64,000 nucleotides of DNA from Anaerolinea sp. (lineage in GTDB: Bacteria; Chloroflexota; Limnocylindria; Limnocylindrales; CSP1-4): contig PNKK01000011.1 of assembly GCA_013822395.1 (NCBI GenBank), positions 4,557 through 68,556 on the forward strand, read 5' to 3'. The notes under the pieces were generated by a model. That model was not told the origin of the DNA. It made no database searches and saw only the letters and a program-made list of their open reading frames with translations. The number at the start of each line of letters is the position of its first letter. Positions within the stretch are counted from its first letter, which is position 1. The translations under genes and the position numbers were made by a program. Below are positions 58,423 to 64,000 of the stretch, piece by piece.

Positions 58423-58749
58423 GTGCCCGTGCTCGCGACCTACTTCTCTGTCCGCCGCGGCCGAGACCCGTTCTTCAAGTTCTTCATGAAGACCCTCTTT
58501 CCGCGGCAGATGCGCGAGTACGAGGCGAAGTACGGGATCCGCTTCGTCGGCTGGTACAACGTCGCCCACGGCTGGGACTTCGACAATGTGATCCTGCTCG
58601 ACCTGCCGGACTACGCCACGCTCGATACGCTCGAGCGTGACGAAGAGATCCGCGCCTTCGCCCACCGGGCGGGGGAGTGGATCTTTGCGCGTCATCACTC
58701 GATGTTTCTCCGGGAGCGGATGGGCCCGGATCTCGACTACCACGGATAG
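58423..58749 (+). CDS. 108-aa conserved-looking hypothetical protein
   Basis: Globular composition (FFKFFMKTLFPRQMREYEAKYGIRFVGWYNVAHGWDFDNVILLDLPDYATLDTL). GTG start. No family recognised. Confidence 0.6.
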   Translation: MPVLATYFSVRRGRDPFFKFFMKTLFPRQMREYEAKYGIRFVGWYNVAHGWDFDNVILLDLPDYATLDTLERDEEIRAFAHRAGEWIFARHHSMFLRERMGPDLDYHG

Positions 58750-58758
58750 GAGGACGCC

Positions 58759-59610
58759 ATGGATCGCCAGCGCAACGACCTCCTCGCCGAGATGGCCCGC
58801 GACGCCGCCCTGGAGCGCTCCGAGTTCCTCGTCCGTGCGGGCGAGCAGCTCGAGCGTTTCCTCCGCGACCAGGCGGACCGGATCCGCGAGCTCGGTGGAC
58901 TCACCCTCATCGACGACGACCCGGACTACCTCGCGATCGCGCCCGACGGCACGTTCCGGAGCCGGAGCCGCGTCTACGACGAGGCGACCGGGGAGTGGCA
59001 GTCCGACACCGAGATCATCGAGACCGGCGGCGAGCTCGTGGAGCTCTACAACCCGGCCGACGTCTTCCAGGCCTTCGCCGACGCCGCCCGCGAGGGCGTC
59101 TGGGCGGACGGGGAGGGGGATGACGTCGAGGGTGACGACCGAGACACGGACGACGGCTTCGGCGCGCCCATCGCCGGCGCGGACCCGTATGCCGCCGCCG
59201 CCGACCAGTGGGCCGCCGGCCAGCCGGAGGTCCCGGAGGTCGATACCCCGGAGGATGCCGCCGCCGCCCTGTTCGGGCTTGCGCTCGATTTCCAGGAGCG
59301 GAGCCAGCGCGCCGAGGCTGGCCTGCTCGAGCAGTTCGAGAACGCCTCGTCGGCGCTCATGAGCCGGGTCGGGACGGTTGTCATCGTCGACGACCTCGAC
59401 GAGCATCTTGAGCTCGCCGGGGCGGGCTTCAGAGGCCAGGTCATCCCCGAAGGCGAGAGCCAGTGGACCGACCTCACCGGCCCGGATGACGTCGTCCGGT
59501 TCTACGATCCCACGGACGTCTTCGGCGACCTCGCCGATGCGATCGCAGACGCCTTCCCGGGCGTGGCGCCCGACGCGGACTCGGCCGACGAGGACGACGA
59601 TCGGGGGTGA
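58759..59610 (+). CDS. acidic protein with internal duplication (unknown function)
   Basis: Two related ~65-aa modules (..LIDDDPDYLAIAPDG...ELVELYNPADVFQAFADAA / ..IVDDLDEHLELAGAG...DVVRFYDPTDVFGDLADAI), each followed by an Asp/Glu-rich tail. Confidence 0.7.
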   Translation: MDRQRNDLLAEMARDAALERSEFLVRAGEQLERFLRDQADRIRELGGLTLIDDDPDYLAIAPDGTFRSRSRVYDEATGEWQSDTEIIETGGELVELYNPADVFQAFADAAREGVWADGEGDDVEGDDRDTDDGFGAPIAGADPYAAAADQWAAGQPEVPEVDTPEDAAAALFGLALDFQERSQRAEAGLLEQFENASSALMSRVGTVVIVDDLDEHLELAGAGFRGQVIPEGESQWTDLTGPDDVVRFYDPTDVFGDLADAIADAFPGVAPDADSADEDDDRG

Positions 59611-59646
59611 CGGGCGCGTGATCCACCCGTCGCCAACGGCCTGACG

Positions 59647-60513
59647 ATGCAGCTGGTCGGCGCCGAACTCCTCGAGAGCCGAGAGATCCTGCCCGGCCAG
59701 TGGCTCCAGGCCTACCACGCGCCGTCGCTCGTGACCGGGTCGCGAGCCGGCCAGTTCGTCCATGTGCGGACCGGCGACCTGTCTGGGCTCATCCTTCGCC
59801 GTCCCTTCTCCATCAACACGGCGGACGGGGCGACCGGCACCATCACGATCCACTTCCGGACCGTTGGGCGGGGAACCGAGTGGCTCACCCATCTCCGGCC
59901 CGGCGACACGATCGACATGCTCGGTCCGCTGGGCCGCCCGTTCGAGGTCGACGCCCAGAGCCGCCATCTCCTGCTGATCGCCGGCGGTCTGGGCATGGCC
60001 GGGATCCGCGCCCTCGCCGACGAGGCGATCCGGGACGGGCGCCAGGTGACCCTCCTGTTCGGTGCCGCGAGCGCCCGCGACGTCTACCCGACCTCGCTCC
60101 TCCCCGACGAGATCGAGTACGTGGTCGCGACGGACGACGGGTCGGTGGGGCACAGGGGTTTCGTCACGGAGCTCGTGCCCGAGTACGAGGCCTGGGCGGA
60201 TCAGGCGTTCGCGTGCGGCCCGGAGCCGATGCTCCGCACTCTCGCCCGCCTCTCGGTCGGGCGCCGGGGACGTCTCGGCGTCGCCAGGCTCGGCCGGAAG
60301 CGCGGCGGCGGGAGGGCCGACCCGGCGGGTTCGCCCGCCGCTCGTCGGAAGGCCTTCCTGCAGGTGTCGATGGAACAGCGGATGGGTTGCGCCGTCGGGG
60401 CCTGCCTCGGCTGCGTCGTGATGACGACCTCGGGGACGCCGCAGCGCGTCTGCCGCGAGGGCCCGGTCTTCGCGTCCGAGGAGATCGATTGGGAGGGGGG
60501 CTGGGCGCGATGA
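59647..60513 (+). CDS. pyrK: dihydroorotate dehydrogenase (class 1B) electron-transfer subunit
   Basis: FAD motif RRPFSI, NAD-binding LLIAGGLGMAG and 2Fe-2S Cys cluster MGCAVGACLGCVV...VCREGPVF. A ~35-aa basic insertion precedes the cluster. Confidence 0.88.
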   Translation: MQLVGAELLESREILPGQWLQAYHAPSLVTGSRAGQFVHVRTGDLSGLILRRPFSINTADGATGTITIHFRTVGRGTEWLTHLRPGDTIDMLGPLGRPFEVDAQSRHLLLIAGGLGMAGIRALADEAIRDGRQVTLLFGAASARDVYPTSLLPDEIEYVVATDDGSVGHRGFVTELVPEYEAWADQAFACGPEPMLRTLARLSVGRRGRLGVARLGRKRGGGRADPAGSPAARRKAFLQVSMEQRMGCAVGACLGCVVMTTSGTPQRVCREGPVFASEEIDWEGGWAR

Positions 60514-61670
60514 AGGCGAAGCGGCGGGTCGTGACCGCCTCCGGCGCCGGTGCCCCGGTGCGGCGGCGCCCAACGGTCCGGAAGGTGAAGTCGGCGATCG
60601 TGCCCGCGCCGCCGAAACCGGCGGTCCCGAAGGCGCCCGCATCGGTGGCCGCTCGGCCGCAGCCGGCCGCCCCATCGCCGGAGCCCGCGGAGCGTGACGC
60701 CGCCCCCACGTCGGTCGACCTCACCGTGGACATCGGTCGAGGCCTGGTCCTCCCAAACCCGATCCTCGTCGCGTCGGGGACGTTCGGCTACGGCGTCGAG
60801 TACGGCGACATCGTCGATGTGAACCGCCTCGGCGGTATCTGCTGCAAGGGCACGACGCTCAGGCCGCGGATCGGCAACCCGACCCCCAGGGTCACCGAGA
60901 CCCCGGGCGGAATGCTCAACTCGATCGGCCTCCAGAACCCGGGCGTTGGCGCGGTCATCGAGAGGTACGCGGATACCTGGGCCGGTTGGCGCGTGCCGGT
61001 GATCGTGAATGTCGCCGGCGAGTCGGTGGGGGACTATGTCGAGGTCGTGCGTCGCCTCGACGGCGTGCCCGGGATCGCCGGCATCGAGCTCAACATCAGC
61101 TGCCCCAACATTGGCCGGGGCGGCCTCCAATTCGCGATCGATGCCGACGCCGCGGCGTCCGTCACCGCGGCGGTCCGGCGGGCCACGGACCTGCCGCTCT
61201 TGGTCAAGCTCTCGCCGAACGTCGCGGACGTCCGCCCGATCGCGCGGGCGATCGCCGACGCCGGCGCCGACGCGCTCACCGCCGTCAACACGCTGTCCGG
61301 AATCGCGGTGGGACCCACCCGGGAGCGGCCGCTCCTCGGAAACATCTACGGCGGTCTCTCCGGGCCGGCGATCAAGCCGGTCGCGTTGCGGATCGTGTAC
61401 GAGGTCAGCCAGGTCGTGGACGTCCCGGTCATCGCGATCGGCGGTGTCACCGAGCTTGCCGACGTGCTGGACTTCCTGGCCGTAGGAGCCGTCGCGGTCC
61501 AGGTGGGCACGGCGATCTTCGCCGACCCCACGCTCCCGGTGCGCCTCGCGGACGAGCTCGCGAGCGTGTGCCGCACCCGGGGTCTCGCCTCGTACCGGCC
61601 GCTCATCGGCACCGCGCTCCCGAGGCGGGCCTCCGCCCCGTCGTCAAAGGGCGTCGAGTACCGGCCCTGA
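60510..61670 (+). CDS. pyrD: dihydroorotate dehydrogenase catalytic subunit (class 1B) with basic/Pro-rich N-terminal extension
   Basis: ATGA overlap with pyrK. Motifs ASGTFGYG, NSIGLQNPG, ELNISCPN, LSPNV and GGLSGPAIKP. The first ~65 aa are Lys/Arg/Pro/Ala-rich. Confidence 0.92.
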   Translation: MKAKRRVVTASGAGAPVRRRPTVRKVKSAIVPAPPKPAVPKAPASVAARPQPAAPSPEPAERDAAPTSVDLTVDIGRGLVLPNPILVASGTFGYGVEYGDIVDVNRLGGICCKGTTLRPRIGNPTPRVTETPGGMLNSIGLQNPGVGAVIERYADTWAGWRVPVIVNVAGESVGDYVEVVRRLDGVPGIAGIELNISCPNIGRGGLQFAIDADAAASVTAAVRRATDLPLLVKLSPNVADVRPIARAIADAGADALTAVNTLSGIAVGPTRERPLLGNIYGGLSGPAIKPVALRIVYEVSQVVDVPVIAIGGVTELADVLDFLAVGAVAVQVGTAIFADPTLPVRLADELASVCRTRGLASYRPLIGTALPRRASAPSSKGVEYRP

Positions 61671-61792
61671 CCCTACGCCGCGGAAGCCGGCCCGGTGGGC
61701 GCGGCGGGAACCGTGGCCCGGATGGATCCGTCCGCAGGGCAGCCGAACTGCCGATTGAGCGTTCGGACCGCGATGGATTGGAGCGTCATGCC

Positions 61793-62824
61793 ATGAGGCC
61801 GTCGATCGATCTCCCCCGGGACAGGACCAGGCATGCGGTCGCGCTGCTCGCGGTCCTCGTCCTCATCGTCATCGGCTGCGGTGGCGCAGCGTCGGCGCCC
61901 GTCGCACAGGATGGCGGGGCCGTCGACGAGGGCGCCGGCCGCCTCGAGTTCAGCGGTACCGCCGAGAGGCCGGTCGCGGAGCCGCTCACCGGATCCGGGA
62001 GCGCCAGCGGCAACGGCGCCGCCGGCGGCAATGCCGAGGCCGGGCCGGTCCTGGACGTAGCCCGACCGGACCTCCTGATCATCAAGACCGGGGCGCTCGA
62101 CCTCCAGGTCGAGGCCGTGGACCAGGCGGTCATTGCGGCCGCCGGCCGGATCACCGCCCTCGGTGGGTACGTCAGCGGCTCCGAGCAGGTCGGCGAGGGC
62201 GAGAGCGTGACCGCGACGATCACGTACCGGATCCCGGCGGACAGGTGGGAGGAGGCACTGGCCGCCCTCCGATCTCTGGCGATCAAGGTCGTCACCGAGC
62301 GCACCGGGACCGAGGACGTGACCGGCCAGGTGGTCGACCTTCGAGCCCGGATCGCCAACCTCCAGGCGACTGAGCAGGCCCTTCAGGGGATCATGACCAA
62401 GGCGACGAAGATCAGCGATGTCCTCGCGGTGCAGGCCGAGCTGACGACGGTCCGCGGCCAGATCGAGGAGGCCACGGCCCAGAGGCAGCGTCTCGAGGAG
62501 CAGGCGGCACTCTCGACGCTGACCGTCCGCTTCAGCCTCCAGCCGGAACCGGCCGTCGTGGCGTCGCAGAAGAAGTTCGATCCGAAGTCCGAGGTGGACC
62601 GCGCGACTGCGAGTCTCGTCGAGATTCTCCAGGGTCTCGCGACCGCCGGCATCTGGTTCGGGATCGTCTGGCTGCCGATCCTGCTCGTGCTCGTGGCCGT
62701 GGTGCTCGTTGTCGCGCTCGTGGGGCGCCGACGTCTATCGCGTCGGGGGCCCGACTCGCCCGGCGCCGGGCCATTCCCGCCGGCACCGCCACCGGAGCCC
62801 GTTGCGCCGCCCGTGGTCGACTGA
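61793..62824 (+). CDS. DUF4349-like lipoprotein with coiled coil and C-terminal TM anchor
   Basis: Lipobox LIVIGC. LIIKTGALDLQVEAVDQAV...YRIPADRWEEAL...DLRARIANLQATEQAL matches the DUF4349 pattern. C-terminal TM helices. Confidence 0.75.
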   Translation: MRPSIDLPRDRTRHAVALLAVLVLIVIGCGGAASAPVAQDGGAVDEGAGRLEFSGTAERPVAEPLTGSGSASGNGAAGGNAEAGPVLDVARPDLLIIKTGALDLQVEAVDQAVIAAAGRITALGGYVSGSEQVGEGESVTATITYRIPADRWEEALAALRSLAIKVVTERTGTEDVTGQVVDLRARIANLQATEQALQGIMTKATKISDVLAVQAELTTVRGQIEEATAQRQRLEEQAALSTLTVRFSLQPEPAVVASQKKFDPKSEVDRATASLVEILQGLATAGIWFGIVWLPILLVLVAVVLVVALVGRRRLSRRGPDSPGAGPFPPAPPPEPVAPPVVD

Positions 62825-62908
62825 TCCCCGCCCGCACCGCTTGTGGCCGGCTGATCTTCGCACCGCGCCGCCACCGGAGCCCGTTGCGCCGCCTGTGGCC
62901 GGCTGATC
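62788..62908. repeat. duplicated 3' end of the DUF4349-like gene (39-nt unit x2 plus partial copies)
   Basis: gccaccggagcccgttgcgccgcc[c/t]gtgg....ctgatc at 62788-62826 and 62870-62908. A partial copy lies at 62832-62856. Confidence 0.85.
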
Positions 62909-63120
62909 CTCGCACCGTGTCGCCGGCCGCGCGACCCGCACCGTGTCGCCCGCGCCCGCCCCACCGGGTCGGCGCCCGCGCCCGCCGCGCCCGCCCCACT
63001 GGGTCCACGCCCCTGCTTTCCTGGCCAATGACCCGGTGGGGAGCACTGTCCAGAAGGCCGGGCCGAACCGCCGGGTCCGGCGGCGAATCGAGGCCCTGCA
63101 ACGGCCCGGAATCATGGCCA

Positions 63121-63224
63121 CTGCTCCCGGGGAGCGCGATAGCCAGGAAAGCTCCGTCCCGGAGGACGGGCAACCTCCGGGCTACCGGGATAGTGCTCCC
63201 GGGGGGCACGATAGCCAGGAAAGA
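63121..63224. repeat. 31-nt direct repeat pair upstream of pyrE
   Basis: ctgctcccggggagcgcgatagccaggaaag (63121-63151) and gtgctcccggggggcacgatagccaggaaag (63194-63224). Followed by 2 x ggccggcagacggcag (63245-63276). Confidence 0.85.
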
Positions 63225-63348
63225 CAATGCCGGCAGGGCCACGGGGCCGGCAGACGGCAGGGCCGGCAGACGGCAGGGCTCCTCGGACATCTCCGCACGT
63301 GACATGGTGTGCCGCGACATCGCCCGCCCGCCCGTACACTCGACGGCG

Positions 63349-64000
63349 ATGACGACGATCAAGCCGGCGCTCGAGCTCGCGGCTCGAGCGGCGATTGCGA
63401 GCCGCACTGAGGCCCTTTTCCGTGGTTCCGGGGCGCTCCGCGAGGGCCACTTCCTCCTGAAGAGCGGCCGCCACTCGAATGCGTATCTCGAGAAGTTCGC
63501 GGTCCTGTCGGATCCGGCCGCCACGAGCGAGCTGTGCGGGTTCTGGGCGGCGCGGCACCGCGATGCCGACGGCACGCCTCGCGTGGACCTGGTGGCTGGC
63601 CCGACGACCGGCGGCGTCATCCTCGCCTTCGAGACGGGCCGCCAGCTCCGGACTCGGGCGATCTTCGCCGAGGAAGTCAAGGGCGTCGACGGCTCGACGC
63701 GACGCGAGTTCCGGCGCGGTTTCCGGATCGAGCCCGGCGAGCGCGTCCTCCTCGTGGACGACATCCTGACGACGGGCGGCTCGCTCCTCGCAATGCTCCC
63801 CGCCGTCGAGGCGATGGGCGGCGAGATCATCGAATGTGCCGTCCTCGTCGATCGATCCGGCGGGATGGCCACCCTCACGTCGCCGTCGACCGGCCGGGTC
63901 TACCCGCTTCGGTCGCTCTGGGCGATGGACCTGCCGACCTACGAGCCGGGTTCCGCCACCTGCCCGCGGTGCGCCGACGGGACGCCGCTCCTCGCGCCGG
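63349..64000 (+). CDS. pyrE: orotate phosphoribosyltransferase (3' partial)
   Basis: GHFLLKSGRHSNAYLEK and PRPP motif VLLVDDILTTGGS. The frame runs off the window. An alternative ATG lies at 63304. Confidence 0.88.
   Translation, partial: MTTIKPALELAARAAIASRTEALFRGSGALREGHFLLKSGRHSNAYLEKFAVLSDPAATSELCGFWAARHRDADGTPRVDLVAGPTTGGVILAFETGRQLRTRAIFAEEVKGVDGSTRREFRRGFRIEPGERVLLVDDILTTGGSLLAMLPAVEAMGGEIIECAVLVDRSGGMATLTSPSTGRVYPLRSLWAMDLPTYEPGSATCPRCADGTPLLAP

Overview
High-GC (~70%) bacterial chromosomal segment with Actinomycetota/Chloroflexota-like gene content. All calls come from reading the sequence and ORF translations and from motif recall, with no database searches. Many long ORFs in the six-frame track are Arg/Pro/Gly-rich antisense shadows and were ignored. 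The track prints GTG/TTG starts as M.

Housekeeping backbone:
- leuS and three tRNAs (Ala-GGC, Tyr-GTA, Ala-CGC).
- trpB2-type tryptophan synthase beta, lipB, and a GalT/HIT-like enzyme.
- A pyrimidine regulon, pyrR-pyrB-pyrC ... pyrK-pyrD ... pyrE. It is split by about 14.6 kb of unrelated genes: an FAD oxidase, a PLP decarboxylase, a GT1 glycosyltransferase, a potDBCA-like transporter, a maltokinase-like kinase, a SIS protein and three unknown genes.
- Three ECF sigma/anti-sigma pairs.
- A class-I-like Fic toxin/antitoxin pair lying between tRNA genes.

Most unusual region, about 12.9-29.3 kb: an accessory cell-envelope island next to an IS1634-like transposase relic. It contains:
- a large LuxR-family (LAL) ATPase regulator and a DUF4242-like gene;
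- three paralogous lipoprotein modules in different states of decay;
- a 1462-aa Rhs/YD-repeat lipoprotein whose post-DPxGL C-terminus is a VWD (GDPH) domain plus a beta-sandwich, rather than a recognisable toxin;
- a two-gene unit: a 119-aa disordered tandem-repeat protein followed by a membrane-anchored protein with glutamine-synthetase/Pup-ligase-like motifs and an extracytoplasmic Cys-loop/Pro-rich stalk.

Four transcription units in the island share one promoter architecture: an 18-bp palindrome ATCCGTGG-TT-CCACGGAT placed exactly 22 nt upstream of a TAnnnT -10 box. This is the geometry expected for a LuxR-type activator site.

The window is also rich in perfect short tandem repeats. Some sit in-frame inside genes, including pyrB.
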